A stretch of 63,806 bases of DNA, counting the filler, from Scyliorhinus canicula (lineage: Eukaryota): NCBI RefSeq assembly GCF_902713615.1. It is 4 parts of 3 records of this genome, joined end to end, with 100 filler letters (N's around TTAATTAATTAA, not from the genome) between each part and the next. Parts side by side here need not be neighbours in the genome. Positions count along the whole stretch, not along the records: positions 1 to 18,579 come from NC_052158.1; 3 more parts are not named here. The stretch is one strand, 5' to 3'. The translations under genes and the position numbers were made by a program. Below, piece after piece: positions 1-13,617 of this stretch (the first letter of the stretch is position 1; each line of letters opens with the position of its first letter). The notes below the pieces were generated by a model. It made no database searches. It was not told the origin of the DNA and saw nothing but the letters and a program-made list of their open reading frames with translations.

Positions 1-1300
1 CCTCATTCCGTGCGCTGGGAAGATTAGTGGATGACATCATGAAATCCCTTTCATAGCAGTGCAAGTAAGTGATTTAGAAATTATAGGTGTGCGAATGAAG
101 CCCTCGTGTCACGATCAAGCAATGCTGTCAGCAGGAGCAACATGATCAGAGTCCGTTCACACCGGGCGATAAATTAAATGCGCGACCACCATTTGTTTAA
201 GGCTGGCGCCATGAATAAGTGCAGCTCGATGGACAATCACACAGACCTCCAAGGAGATTAGGCACGTTAAAAGTTTCGAACTTGTGAGTTCCTAAGCATG
301 TGTGGACACAAGACCCATACCTGCATGTCCTCTGGTTATGGTCGTCAACCAGCTTAAAAATAATTGTGAAATTCCTTTCTTTTAAGGGGGTCCATGGAAA
401 TACGAAACATTCCCGCGAATGGCGATGTTTCTGCTCCCTTCGCCCAGTAGAAGAAGCAACCGCGGCAATTATTCGTACTTCATCCATTTGTCTCTGGATA
501 ACATGTGAGAACGATTTGTGTGCTTCGTAACACTGTCGCTATGAACAACTTGATTCAATGTTATGTATCAGACTCTCCTATCTCAATGGAGACTTGACGC
601 CCTGGCTGGAATTAGACTGTCGACAAAAGAAGAGCATCATTGTCACCTTTAGAGTGACAGTAACTGGAGAGCTGCCATTGCAATGATTCTAATTTTCCCT
701 ACGAACATCGCACAGTCAGGATTGAAAGACGGAATCTTCGTCTGCACTGATGTAGCTGAGTTTCAACAAATTGAATCGTAGCCTCTATATCGCTGGGAGG
801 CTAAGGATTTATAGTGTCCTCCTGTCGATGAGGGTTCTACGATTCGCTGTCCCTTCCTGTGCAACCGCAGCATCTTCAGCTCCATTTCTTGCTCTTCCTT
901 TCATCATACTCCTCCATCTTATCCTTCTTCTCAGTGAAGCTCGTTAGTCCATCTTAAACCAAAATCCCCATCCGTCTGCTCACGTTTCCACGCATGGCTT
1001 ACAAATTGAAGAATGTCCATTCTGCAATCACAATACTCCTTTGGATGAGAGGCGATTTGCACTTCTATTAAAATGTATGTCATCAGTTTCAATCCATTGA
1101 TTCACATGAACGGCTCTGAAGGCTATTGGTGTAATGCTCAGACTGTGGAAAACTGCAGTTTTCTAACATACAATCTACTCCTAAAAGATCGATTTTATCG
1201 CTTGTCGTGACTTTTGCCATGGAGGCATGTCGTTGCTGACTGATACACGTAAATATATGTAACCAATATGTCACGATTATTGATCTTTAATTAACGCTAG
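1..1300 (-). mobile_element. Possible highly degraded LTR-retrotransposon (Gypsy-like) gag/protease/RT relic
   Basis: Minus-strand frames, broken by many stops, give weak retroviral-like pieces (VTVTLKV..., TIIFKLVDD...TCLG, and near the window start DVIH*SSQRTE*, cf. RT DVIxxVxxPTEWV). Recognition by eye only. Confidence 0.3.
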
Positions 1301-1685
1301 AGTTTTGCCAACCTTGTGACATGTTCGCATGCCAAACTTCCGCAAACTGTGATGACTTACAGAAAGCGCTCGATGTTATCAGGCCCATAATACCTGCCAC
1401 AACACGAGCAAATCTTTTGTTCATGTACCGTGATAGCGTACGTTATAGCGATGATAATCGTAACTGCCAATCGTCAGCATATAAATAGCTATTATGAAGA
1501 TATGCAATGGATAAATCTCAGGAAACGCGTTGAATCAAAATATGATGGGAATAGGAAGCACGCTACCACATGGAGTGGGCGCGCGAAATAATACTTAAGC
1601 ATGCAACAGGAAGGTTGGCAGGCGCCGAAGAGAGATATGTATAAAGAGTTAAAACAACACAATATTGGAGTCTCAAATGGTCAAA

Positions 1686-1908
1686 AATAATAATTTAGAA
1701 TACCCATTTCATTTCTTCCAATTAAGGGTCAATTTAGCATGGCCAATCCACCTGCCCTGCACATCTTTGCGTTGTGTGGGCGAAACCCACGCAAACACGG
1801 GGAGAATATGCAAACTCCACACAGACAGTGACCCAGAGCCGGGATCGATCCTGGGACCTAAGCGCCGTGAGGCTGCAGGACTAACCCACTGAGCCACCGT
1901 TCTGCCCT
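1686..1908 (-). mobile_element. tRNA-derived elasmobranch SINE (HE1-like)
   Basis: Reverse complement starts GGGCAGAACGGTGGCTCAGTGGGTTAG (tRNA A box), then the B-box region and the core GGTGGATTGGCCATGCTAAATTG shared by many copies in this window. Confidence 0.85.
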
Positions 1909-2399
1909 TCAAATGGTCAAAATAACCTGACAAATTGCGACAGTCAATAAGCTAGTCTGTTGTCTTATTTTCAGTTTTAATAGTAATCGTTCACGAGATG
2001 TGAGAGCCATTGGTCATACCTGCATTGATCTCCAATCCAGGATTGTCCTTGCGCTGGTGACGCTGAGCTACCTTCTTGATCCGCTGTCGCCCACATAATG
2101 CAGATACAGGCCACGGTTCTGTAAGGAATGGAGTTGACATTCTGTATTATACGATGTCAGCAAATATGTAAATACATATGATTTCAAAATATATATCATT
2201 GTTATTTAAGTTAGTGAACGAGAGCAAATATCACTGTCCAACACACAGGCAAAGAAAGCCATTGATGCGTGGTTGATTTTTCCCCCTGCTAAACTGTTTT
2301 TCCGCCGTGTCTAATTACGCTAATAAAAATCTTCAGTGGTACACGTAGGCCAAAATTAACACTGCAATGAATTTCCTTTGAACATGCCCTCATCGACAC

Positions 2400-2617
2400 A
2401 CATTGGTGCCTGTTCAGTAACACGGAGGGTGAATTCAAAATTCCCAATTCACTTAACAGCACTTCTTTCAGGATTTACGGGAGAAACTGGAGCACCCGGA
2501 GGAAACCAACGCAGACACAGGGAGAACGTGCAGACTCCGCACAGACAGTGACCCAAGCTAGGAATCGAAACCGCGTTCATGGCGCTATGAAGCAGCAATG
2601 CTAACCACTGTGCTACC
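2400..2617 (-). mobile_element. HE1-like SINE
   Basis: Same core (GGAGCACCCGGAGGAAACC...CAGACAGTGACCCAAG...TGCTAACCACTGTGCTACC). Confidence 0.75.
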
Positions 2618-4796
2618 AATGTCGGAAACAGTGTCTCGGCGTATCCACGATACATCTTTCAGATGCATGGATGTATTGGCATAGCGCAAAATAGCTGAAA
2701 CTTCGAGGAAAGGCGTGAAGAATGGCATTTAAGGTAGCTGTTATTTTCCATAAAGCTGATTGTCGCAGCAGTCATCCCTGTCCTTTTACTTTCATTGTTT
2801 TGCAGTGAAACCCAACCTCAATGACCAAGAAACGTGTTCCTGGAACAAGATAAACTAAATTTAGGGAAATATTTTTGTACTACCTAGAACGTAATAAGGC
2901 ACCAAATAAATCTTTTCATACTCACAAAATGTATTTGCAACATTAAATCCCAAGAGAGACAACTTGTTGTACATTCGTTTGCAAATATTGTCAGCATAAT
3001 CTATCTCTACTATGTGACATATCATTCTGCCTGTGTCTCCAAAAATTGTGAGACATAATTTGGTATCTGATTGTTCTTACGCTTGCCTCCATCGGAATAT
3101 AAAAGTCCTTGGAGGGCTAGCACGTGAGCTATTTTCCAAGTTCCACTTGATTTGCAATTTTCTCATGTGTTATATTAATGTGAACATTGCAGAACGGAAG
3201 AGTGATTGCAAAAGCGATGGTTAGTAATGAAATGGACATGATCAAAAATGCATTAATTTTAATAAAGCACGCGGGAAATGTGTTCCCTCGCAATATTTCT
3301 AGAGACTATATATCCGTGTAAAACACTGTCCTCATATCCTATTTTTAATTACGTACAAACGGTGGCCAATTTCTCAAGAATCAGAATATGAAAATTCCAT
3401 ATTTTCTAATTTCTCATGATTATTTTGCTCTGTGTGAAACGGCCCAGAAAAAAACTCAACACTTCACTGCAGTTAAAATGTGTCTGTTTCTGGAAAGCAA
3501 CTGTGATAAGATTGCAGGCGATGCAAGTGATACTTCAGCTTTGCAAGGCAGAAATTAAGTTATTGTTCTCATCAGGTACTGAGAGTACACATTTTATAAG
3601 TCATGCCTAAATCTTCTGAACCATAAAATGAAATAAAACTAGGTCATCAGGCATTTGTCAAAATACGCAGGACCATTCTGGAAGCATTCTGATGGTGCAG
3701 TACATGAACATGTTCCATGAAATTTTCAATATTTGGTAATATGACTCATCATCTTTGCAGGGTGTGGAACAAAGAATAAGCCCAGTGTTCTGCAGGATGT
3801 CAGCATATTGCTCCATATCAGTTTCAGCCATCCAAGACAACTTTAAACTTTCCAGAAGTTTAAGCAGTCTCGATTACCTGATTGTGTGCAGTAAATCGTC
3901 GTCTGTTTGTATTCCAAAATCATCTCTGAAATATTGCGAAATTGAAATAATTTACGCTTCACAAAATGTTGTTGCACAAATCGTAACATGGTTATTCAGC
4001 AAATTTAATCAAAAATATTAATGACTACTTTGCTTTTATGTTACAACTCCCTTGTCTGGACGAGTGCCGTTACATGATACATTCCTACAATGTATGTTTA
4101 CATTTGTCTCCAGTTGTGGGTCTGTGAGTGTCAAACACAACACTTACTCAAAGTCAACCTGATGCTGCGATTTATCTTTTGGAAGCCGTAAAATACTACT
4201 GGTACACTAAGCATAACTTTGAATAGACCATACATTCCCCTAGGTAAACAGCACGAAGACGAACCCCACAATAGCACTTTATCAGCCCTATCTTTTGCTG
4301 CGATTTCTCTTTCACGGCCATCTTTTCAATTGCAGTAAGATTAATCATTTTCTGAGTTCCGGGAGGCCAATCATACTGATTCTTTAAATATAACGTTTTT
4401 ATATCCCGGGCAGCCTTTTTCTAATTCTTGTATGATTCTGTCGATCCTTATAACTACTGGACAATGCATGACTGTTTCTACTTTACCCATTTCTTAAATG
4501 AATGTAATTTGGAACCAGACACAACATTTCTCTTTCAGGAGTTACATGTCTGCTCTCGGTTTCTTCTAATTCGTAACAGGATTTAATGTTTTACTTTAGG
4601 TTCTGGTTTTTGTGAACTGTGGGGAAGACGCATAGAAATGTGAACACGTTCTTTTTTTCAGACCGGGAGAAATTGGAGGCTATTCAAAGAGACATCGGTA
4701 AGGCTATTGCAGTTTGTTTGCGAAAAATCTTTTTGTTTGAATTTGTGCTGAAAGGCTTCGTCCTGCCATTAATGCACCAGCCAAAATTGTATTTTA

Positions 4797-5040
4797 TGAG
4801 AGAAAAACAGAAAATGTTGGACAATCTCAAAAGGTCTGAAAGCATCTGTGGAGAGGAAAGGGGTCAAACGTTCCGAGTCCGCATACTTCTGTGTGTAAGC
4901 TGCTTTGACATAGGGCCATCCAAACCCGAAACTTTAGCGCTCTTTTCTCCCAACATATGCTGTCAGACCTGCTGAGATCATCCAGCATTTTTTTGCTTTT
5001 GTTTCAGTTTCCAGCATCCGCAGTAATTCGCTTTTATATT
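4797..5040. mobile_element. Palindromic (fold-back) repeat, Penelope-like terminal hairpin family A
   Basis: Imperfect inverted arms (GAAAATGTTGGACAATCTC... / ...GAGATCATCCAGCATTTTT); homologous to 14703-14915 and 31785-31915. Penelope assignment is from recall, not verified. Confidence 0.55.
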
Positions 5041-6829
5041 GTATCTACTAGATGTTTCCGCAGCCACATTGAGAAAGACCCTATTTCGCTTTTGACCCTC
5101 ATTTAAAAGCTTTATTTTTTTAAATTGTAGTTGAACTTTTGCGTCTCAAAGATAAAGGTAAATAACCTGGCCGCGATTTAACGGTGAAATGATTTTAAAT
5201 ATGTGATGAGCGTTTTGTTTTTAGTTGCACAAGCCGTTTCAAAATAACAAAATGACCCAATGTGCTAAGCATAAATTGACGGGGAAGAGAGAATGATTAC
5301 AGCACACAATTTGAATAAAGTGAAGTTAGATGGAGATAATTGCAGACTAATTAATTAGTAAATGAAATACTTTTGCTGTGGGGAAGTGTTTCGTGAGGTG
5401 CATTTGCGTGTTTTCTATCAATAATTCCATTGGCAAATGCCCATACATGGAGCAGTTTGGTTTGCGGTTCAAGGATTTTGACACAGTGATGATGACGACA
5501 CGGCCACGCACTTCGATCACGATATGGTCCCTGAGATGGAGCGAATCTTGAATATGGTGAAGTTCGAATCAGCCAGCCATTATTTCAAGAATGATTGCTC
5601 AATGTTATGTGTTTCTCAGGTGTTGTCAAGTTGGCGATTGCATGATTATGCCTCTATCAGATGCTACAGCAGCAGTTGTTGTCAGAGAAGAATGTGTAAA
5701 GTTCAGGGCTAACAATTAATGAGATTAGCTTTGTCTCGATTTTGCAAGGTATTTCTATGTTATTATAGATTAACAAATTTAGGCAAATATAGAGTATCCC
5801 ATCTAGTCATGATTTAACTTCAATGTGATGTAAAATATTTGGATTTTAGAAAGAAAATTACGGAGTTCAGTATACAAGTTCTCTTCTGTTCCTCCAAATA
5901 TCATGATGTGAGTTTGGTCAAAATGCCTTTCGGTAACGTTGATGTTACTGGATAATTATTAGTCAATGACCATGGAGATGAAAGTTAATGACAGTTGTCA
6001 TCACCCACTCTTTCATACAACTGAATGTAGGGTGGCATTTTAGTGCTATCGACGTTAGATTTATTATGTTAGTCTGATCCGAAGATCACTTCAATTTTTA
6101 TCACATTTTTCGAAGGAAAGCATCGTTGTCTGGGGAACTGTGAAAGGTGAAATCTACAATTTCCATACACATTGACCGCACCTCACCATTATTGGAGTAT
6201 GCACTGTCCACAGGGTAGTTAAATCTAGTTGTCCTCGTACATTAATCTGAAGCAGGCCCAGATCATTGTCTATGACTAAGCTCGTAGGTACTCAACGTCC
6301 ATCTGTTCCATGTACTTTCCAGATTTTCCACGATAGACATTATTTTAATTCGACATAAAACTCCTTAAGGACACGTTCTATTAAATTCAGAATTGATGTC
6401 AAGCACACGCGAACAAAACTTCAGATGTTATTTACTGATTGGACCAAGGCTGCTGAAGTCAAGCAGCGAGTAATCATGATGGAAAGATAAACGATGCCAG
6501 TAAGTAGTTTTATTTCCTTCATATCGACTTGGCATACTTAATATTAAATTTGATGATGATTGGAATTAAACGGATGAGGCAGGAATTGACTTAGAAAGAT
6601 GTGCCTATCCTATTTGGTAAGAAAATACCCTGGACACATTCTAATCGATATAACATTTTAGTCATGGAGGGAAAGAATGACCAGCTGCCACCTCGTTCTG
6701 GAACGTAATTCTTCAACACTACAGCCCGCAAGATCAGCAGACATTGGAACAACTTCGGCCATGAAGCCCATGGAGGCTGCTCCGTCATTCAATCATGGTT
6801 GATACGTTTTGCATTCTATTATAATATAG

Positions 6830-7645
6830 CACATAAAACAGTGCAGTAGAGTACCGACATTTCAGCACACGATGTTGTACCGACCATTTATCCTTATCTA
6901 AGATCAACCGAACCTACACCCTTTCAATATACTGCTGTCCATGTGCCTGTCTAAGAGTCGCTTAAATGTCCCTAATGACACTGACAGCACCACCTCTGCT
7001 GCCAGTGCATTCCACACACGTACCACTCTTTGTGTAAAGAACATTGCTCTGATGTCTCCCTTCTACCTTCCTTCAATCACCTTACAATTATGTCCCCTCG
7101 TGACAGCCAGTTCCACCCTGGGGAAGCATATCTGGCTATCCACTCTATCCATGCCACTCATCACCTTGTACACCTCTATCAAGTCACCTCTCCGCTTTCT
7201 TCACTACAGTGAGAAAAGCCTTAGCATCAGTCATGCCCTCGAGTCCAGGCAGCAAAGTGGTCCATCTCCGCTGTACCCCTTCTAAAGCATCCACATCCAT
7301 CCTACAATGAAACGAGCAGAACTAGACACAATATTCCAAGTGTGGTCCAACAAGGGACTTATAAAGCTGCAGCAATCTCGCGGCTCTTAAACTCAATCCC
7401 CCTCTTAATGAAAGCGAAAAGATCATACGCCTTCTTAACAACCCTATCAACCTGGGTGGCAACTTTGAGGATTCTATGTTCCTGGACCCCAAGATCCATC
7501 TTTTCCTCCAAACTTCCATGAATCCTGCCATTAACACTGTATTCAGCATTCAAATTCAGCTTTACAAAATTAACCACTTCACATTCATCAAGTTTGAAAA
7601 ACATCTGCCACATTGCAGCACACATCTGCATCCTGTCAATGTCCT
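6830..7645 (-). mobile_element. CR1 LINE, 3' portion (split by L1 insertion)
   Basis: Minus-strand RT C-terminal motifs LYKSLVGPHLEYCV and KLDECEVVNF...YSVNGRIHGS; resumes exactly at 13618. Confidence 0.9.
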
Positions 7646-8935
7646 TTTTCGTAAAAAAGTATTTTTATTAAGTTTTTGCAGAATTTTTCCCAATGAAATA
7701 GTAGTAACAATAAAAACAAAACAAAGTAGAGTGAACATTAACATATTGTAAAAAAGAATAGACAATAACAATAAAATAGACTGCCCAATCTTCCCACACC
7801 ATGCCAATGAAGCACTCACCCCCACCCTCCCTGCGGATTGCTGCTGATGCTGACATTTTCAATTTCCCCTAGAAAGTCGACAAACGGCTGCCACCTCCGA
7901 GAAAACCGTAGCGTAGACCCACTTAAGGCAAACTTTATTTTCTCGAGGATGAGAAACCGAGCCATTTCGTTAACTCAAGTCTCAACACTCGGGGGCTTCG
8001 AGTCCGTTCACATTAATAAAATCCGTCTCCGGGCTACTAGGGAGGCAAAGGCCAAGACGCCGGCCTATTTCGCCCCCTGAATTCCTGGGTCTTCTGAAAC
8101 TCCAAAAATCGCTATTTCTGGACTCGGCACTAGCCATGTGCTAAGCACCTTGGACATTGCCCTCGCGATCCCTTTCCTGACCTCTCTAAGCTCCGGATAT
8201 GCCCAAAAATGTGGACATGGTGTGTAGGGCTGCCCTTCCACCCCATACAACTGATCTTCGACCCAAAAAACTTGTTAATTTTTCCTGCCGTCATTATGCC
8301 CGGTGGACCACCTTAATTGAATTACACTGAGCCTCGCACATGATGAGGAGGAATTAACCCTGCCCAGGACCTCTGCCACAGACCCGCTTCCAACCCTTCA
8401 CCAAGCCCCTCCTCCCATTTGCCCTTGCGCTCCTCCATCGGGGTTACCTCCTCCACCTTCGCCTCCCCCACCCAGGTGTCAGAGATCACCCTGTCCTGTA
8501 CCCTCAGTGGCGGTTGCGTTGGAAAATCCACTACCTGTTTTATCAGGAAGGCTCTTACTTCCAGATATTTAAAGACGTTTACTGGCGGCAGATTAAATTT
8601 GTTCTCTAGTGCCTTCAAACTGACAAAGCTTCCGTCTATAAAAAGATATCCCATTCTTCTGATGCTTACACTCTGCCTGCTCTGCCACCATCCATCCTAC
8701 TCGGATCAAACCTGTGGTTGTTGCATATTGGGGCCCAGACCGACGCTCCCTCCACCTTCATGGACCACCTCCACTGTCCCCAGATCCACAGTGTCGCCAC
8801 CACCACTGGACATGTGGAGTACCGGGTCGGCGATAACAGCAAAGGAGCCGTTTTCAAAGCTCCCAGACTGGCACCTTTACATGATACCGCATCCAGCTGC
8901 TCCCACGCCGTCCCCTCCCCCATTGCCCACGTCCT

Positions 8936-9095
8936 AATTGGATTGGATTGGATTGGATTTGTTTATTGTCACATGTACCGAGGTACAGTGAAAAGTATTT
9001 TTCTGCAAGCAGCTCAACAGATCATTCAGTACATGGGAAGAAAAGGGAATTAAACAGAATTCAAGAAAATACATGAGAATACATAATAGGGAACA
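8936..9095 (-). mobile_element. 3' tail fragment of another LINE with (TCCAA)n tail, inserted in the L1
   Basis: ATTGG repeats followed by TTTATTGTCACATGTACCGAGGTACAGTGAAAAG; the same sequence occurs in opposite orientation at ~51725-51975. Confidence 0.65.
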
Positions 9096-9660
9096 TAAGA
9101 GAGAGAGGTTAGTAATAATGTGAGCTTTAGAATTAATTTTTAAAAGGTTGGAACGAGTATAAATAAAGTTAAAAGTGGATCTGTTGGGGAGAGCTTGCAG
9201 AGAGTCGCCTCGCTCCGGCGCCATCACCTTGCATCAATAGCTAATCATAGCTACATTGGTCGCCAAGTAGAAGTTGCGAAAGTTTGGCAGCGCCAACCCA
9301 CCCCCCACCCCCACCCTCCGACTGTGCTCCAATAGCGATATCCTGACTCGCGGGGTCTTATTTGCCCACCTCAAAGCCCTTAATAATCCTACTCACCCGC
9401 TTATAAAAGGCCTTAGGGATGAAGATTAGGAGGAAATGAAAGACAAACAAAAATTAGGGGAGGACAGTCACTCCAACCACTCAAAGGCTTTCTCTGCATC
9501 CATCGCTGTTACCATGTCTGCTTCCCCTCCCTCTGAGGGCATCATAATAAGACTCGAAAGTACCCGGACATTGGTATTGAGTTGTCTGCCTTAAAAAACC
9601 CGGTCTGGTCTTTCTCTATCACCCCTAGGATGTAATCCTCAATTCTTATGGCCAGAATCT

Positions 9661-9996
9661 GGCAGCAGGGTAGCATGGTGGTTAGCATAAATGCTTCACA
9701 GCTCCAGGGTCTCAGGTTCGATTCCCGGCTGGGTCACTGTCTGTGTGGAGTCTGCACGTCCTCCCCCTGTGTGCGTGGGTTTCCTCCGGGTGCTCCGGTT
9801 TCCTCCCACACTCCAAAGATGTGCGGGTTAGGTGGATTGGCCATGCTAAATTGCCCGTAGTGTCCTAATAAAAGTAAGGTTAAGGGGGGGTGGTTGGGTT
9901 ACGGGTATAGGGTGGATACGTGGGTTTGAGTAGGGTGATCATGGCTCGGCACAACATTGAGGGCCGAAGGGCCTGTTCTGTGCTGTACTGTTCTAT
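9661..9996 (+). mobile_element. Full-length HE1-like SINE with 7-bp TSD, inserted in the L1
   Basis: tRNA-like head GGCAGCAGGGTAGCATGGTGGTTAGC; 3' tail GGGCCGAAGGGCCTGTTCTGTGCTGTACTGTTCTAT shared with the CR1 3' end at 18538-18579; TSD AGAATCT/AAAATCT (9654-9660, 9997-10003). Confidence 0.92.
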
Positions 9997-12900
9997 AAAA
10001 TCTTAGCCAGCAATTTGACATCCACGTTTAAAAGCGAAATCTCCCTGTCTGAACCACAATGTTCCAGGTCCTTCTCCGGTTTAAGAATGAGTGACATCAA
10101 GGTCTGTGACATTGGTGGGGGGAGGGTTCCTTTCTCTCTAGCCTAATTGAAGGTCCTCAACAAGAGTGGGCTCAATATTCCCGAAAATTTCTTGTAGAAT
10201 TCTACCTGGTAACTATCCAGCCCCGGGGCTTTACCCGATTGCATGCCTACTATACCCTTGACAAACTCCTCCAATTCAATCTGCGCCCCCAACCCCTCCA
10301 CCAGGTCGTCTTCCACGCTGAGAAATCACAAAGTGCCAAAAAATTGCCTCACCCCTTCCGCTCCCGTCGGGGGCTCCGACTCGTATAGATGACTATAGAA
10401 CTCCTTAAAGTCTCTGTTCACTCCCCATGGATCGAAGAACGTGTTACCCTCCTGATTTCTACTCCCCCGATTTCCCTGGCCACCTCCCTCTTTCGCAATT
10501 GATGTGCCAGCATTCTACTTGCTTTCTCCTCATAATCATAGACTGCACCCTTTGCCTTCATTTTGCCTTCCTCGGCTGTGCTACCACTTACCCTGTTGTC
10601 AGCAGTTCACACTTTGCCTGCAGTCTCCGCCGCTCCTGCAGCCTTGGGGGCCTCCGCGTATCTCATGCCCACACGGAGTATCTCCTCCACCAGTCCTTCT
10701 CTCTCCGCGCTATCTGTCTTTTCCCTATGGGATCGAATTGAGATCTTCCACTCTGACAATTGCCTTCAGAGCCTCCCAGGCCGTTGCCGTTTCTACCTCA
10801 CCCGTATCATTTGTTTCCAGTTTATCCTGGATGTTTCTGCTAATGCGACCACAAACCTATTCATCCGTCAGAAGCCCCACATCCAGTCTCCAGAGTAGGC
10901 GCTGCCCTCTCTCCCCACTAAGCTGCAGGTCCACCCAGTGGAGCATGGTCCGAGACTGTGATTTATGAGCTTTCGGTCCCCACCACCTTTGGGATTAACG
11001 CCCTGCTCAAGACAAAGAAGTCCATGCGCAAACTTTATGAACGTGGGAGAAAAAAAACTGAACTCCTTCGCTCTCGGCCGCACGAAACGCCAGGGATCCA
11101 CCCTCGCCCCCACCCCCCCCCCCCCCCCACCCCAACTTTACCATAAAACCCTTAAGTTCCTTGTCCACTGCTGGTTGCTTCCCTGTCCTGGATTTCGACC
11201 GGTTCAGCTTGGGGTCAATGACTGTGTTAAAGTCTCCCCCCATGAGCAGGTTGGGTGCCTCGAAGTCTGGGATTTTGCCGAGCATGCGTGTCGTAAATTC
11301 CACACCACCCCAATTCGGAGCATTGACGTTGAAAAACAGAACCCGGACGTCGCACCCCCCCCCCCCCACTTTCCACTCACCGTTATATATCTCCCCCCCC
11401 CCACGTATCTGACACAATTCTCCCAGCCTCAATGCCACACCCCCTTACTGACCAGAATTGCTACCCGTCTGGTCTTCGAATCCAGCCCTGAATGGAACAC
11501 CTGTACCATCCGTCCCTTTCTCAATCTCGTGTGATCTGCGAGCTTCAAGTGTGTCTCCTAAAGCATTGCTACATCAGCCTTTAACCCCTTTAGATGCGCG
11601 AACACGTGTGCTCTTTTGACCGACCCATTCAAAGCCCGCACATTCCAAGTGATCACTCTGGACCGGGGGCTTACCCCACCCTCTCTTGCGGACTAGCTTT
11701 CGCCCTTTTTTGGCTAACATCGAGTTCACGCCCTTCGCTACCTCGAGCACCCCCACAGGGAGACAGTGCCCCGACCCTCAATTGGTACCCCGAAATTGAT
11801 ACTTCCTTTGTCAGCAAAGCAACATCCCCCCTCCCCTCCCCCCAAACAGCCACATGACCAAACACCCCCCCCCCCGCACCCCCACGCCAAGCACCAGCTG
11901 CGTACTTGCTCACCCCTACTACGCTCCAGAGGGTCAAGTGACCCATTTTGACACCGGCAGATCCTGCCCCAGGCGCCGATCAGACCGTCACCTAATTATC
12001 CGGACCGCTCTCCCCATCTGAATAAACCAATTAACCTACTTCTCCAGCCCCAGTGAGTAAATAGTAATACGAAACTAAAGATAAACAGAATGCACTCACT
12101 TTGCCCCGTGGGGAGACACTTGCTGAACCAAGGCTCCAAACTACTAAGAACTGGCCCCCTTCCACCTCCGTATCTCACTTTTGCCGGAAACACTGCACCC
12201 TCCAGCCACTATCAGATCCCTTACACGCACCCAACATTGCATGCAATATTATATTAGCAACGGTACCGTGTTACCCAGGCCCACCGCCGCATTCCACCAA
12301 AGCATAACTCTCCTTTAACTCGAGTCCAGCTTTTCTTGTTTGATGAATGACCACGTCCGCCGTTTCAAAATAGTGACGCCGTTCCTTGTATGTAACCTAT
12401 AGCCTCGCTGGGTGCAGCATCCCAAAATGCACCCACTTGCTGAAGATTGTCGCCTTCACCCGGTTGATTCCAGGAGGCCTCTTGGCCAGCTCCGCACCCA
12501 GGTCCTTGTAGATGCGTATCACGCTGTTCACCCACCTTCTGCTCCGCTCTTTTTTTTCCCCACTGGAAGATATGTTCCTTGTCTGAGAAGCGATAAAATC
12601 TTGCCACCATTGCGCTCGGCGGTGCATTTGCCTTGGGTTCCTTGTGAGGGCTCTGGGCGCCCCGTGCAGCTCCAGGGTTCGAGATGATACACCCTTCGCT
12701 ATCAGTGTCTCCAGGATCTTGGGCACAAATGATCCCGAATTTGTCTCCTGGACCTATTTTCTAGGTCCTCCAGCCTCTCCTGCCACTTCTTGTGTTGGTC
12801 ATCCTGCGCCTCCACCTTAAGTGTCAATAAGGCCATCTCGTCCTCATGGTCAGATAGCTTTTTCTCCATCTCCTTAATCGCATTCCCTTGCGTGACCTGA

Positions 12901-13617
12901 GTTGCGATTATTTGATCTATTGATACCTTCATCGGGGCCAGGATGTCATGCTTAAGATTAGCAAAGCAGGCCCTAAGGAACTACTGTTGCTCCTGTGCCC
13001 AGTGCGCCCATTGACACTGGCCTATACTGGCCGCCATGCCGTAGCTCGGCACCCGGTCCACCGGCTTCTGTCTGTTGGGACTTAAACGCTTCACTCGGTC
13101 ACCTCTGTTCCATCTATTCATACATCGTAGAGGGAATCCTTTTGGCAGTGTTCGTTTCACCAATCCATGAAAACTCCTGAAGAAAGGTCCAAGAGTCCGT
13201 TCGAGACTGGAGCTGCCCGGTGCGCAACCTACTCCTCCATGGCCTCCACTGGAAGTCTCGTCACCGCTTCTTCAATGGCCTTTGCGAGATCCTTTTACAG
13301 TTGTTTCCTCTGCTGCTGCAATTCAGCCTTAATAAAGGCCATCAAGTGAGTTTGAAGACTTTAAGATTGCCCTTTCCCCACCTGCATGCTGGAAGAGGCT
13401 TTTGTCTTTTCTGGAGCTCCAGCCAAATCCTTTAGTGTTTCTGCCATGTCTGGTAACCAAGAGACATACCATTCCTGGGAGAAAATACGCCTCAAACATT
13501 CACTTCCATCTTTTCATCAAAATTCATCCCGTATTGATTAATAAGAGCTATTTTCAGTAACCTTGGGCAGGAGCTGCCTTGTGTGCAACCACTTACTCCA
13601 TGGTCCACACCGGGAGC

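Larger units (their letters stand above)
7646..13617 (-). mobile_element. Full-length degenerate L1-clade LINE with 17-bp target-site duplication
   Basis: TSD CATCCTGTCAATGTCCT at 7629-7645 and 13618-13634; ORF1 coiled coil (WQERLEDLENRSRRQ; IRIYKDLGAELAKR); APE endonuclease motif LLMGGDFNTVIDP; AATAAA and A-rich 3' end at ~7646-7675 on the minus strand. Confidence 0.9.

Noticed and set aside
9661-9740. tRNA-like A/B boxes suggesting tRNA genes
   Set aside because: These are heads of tRNA-derived SINEs continuing into SINE core and LINE-derived tail; not functional tRNAs.
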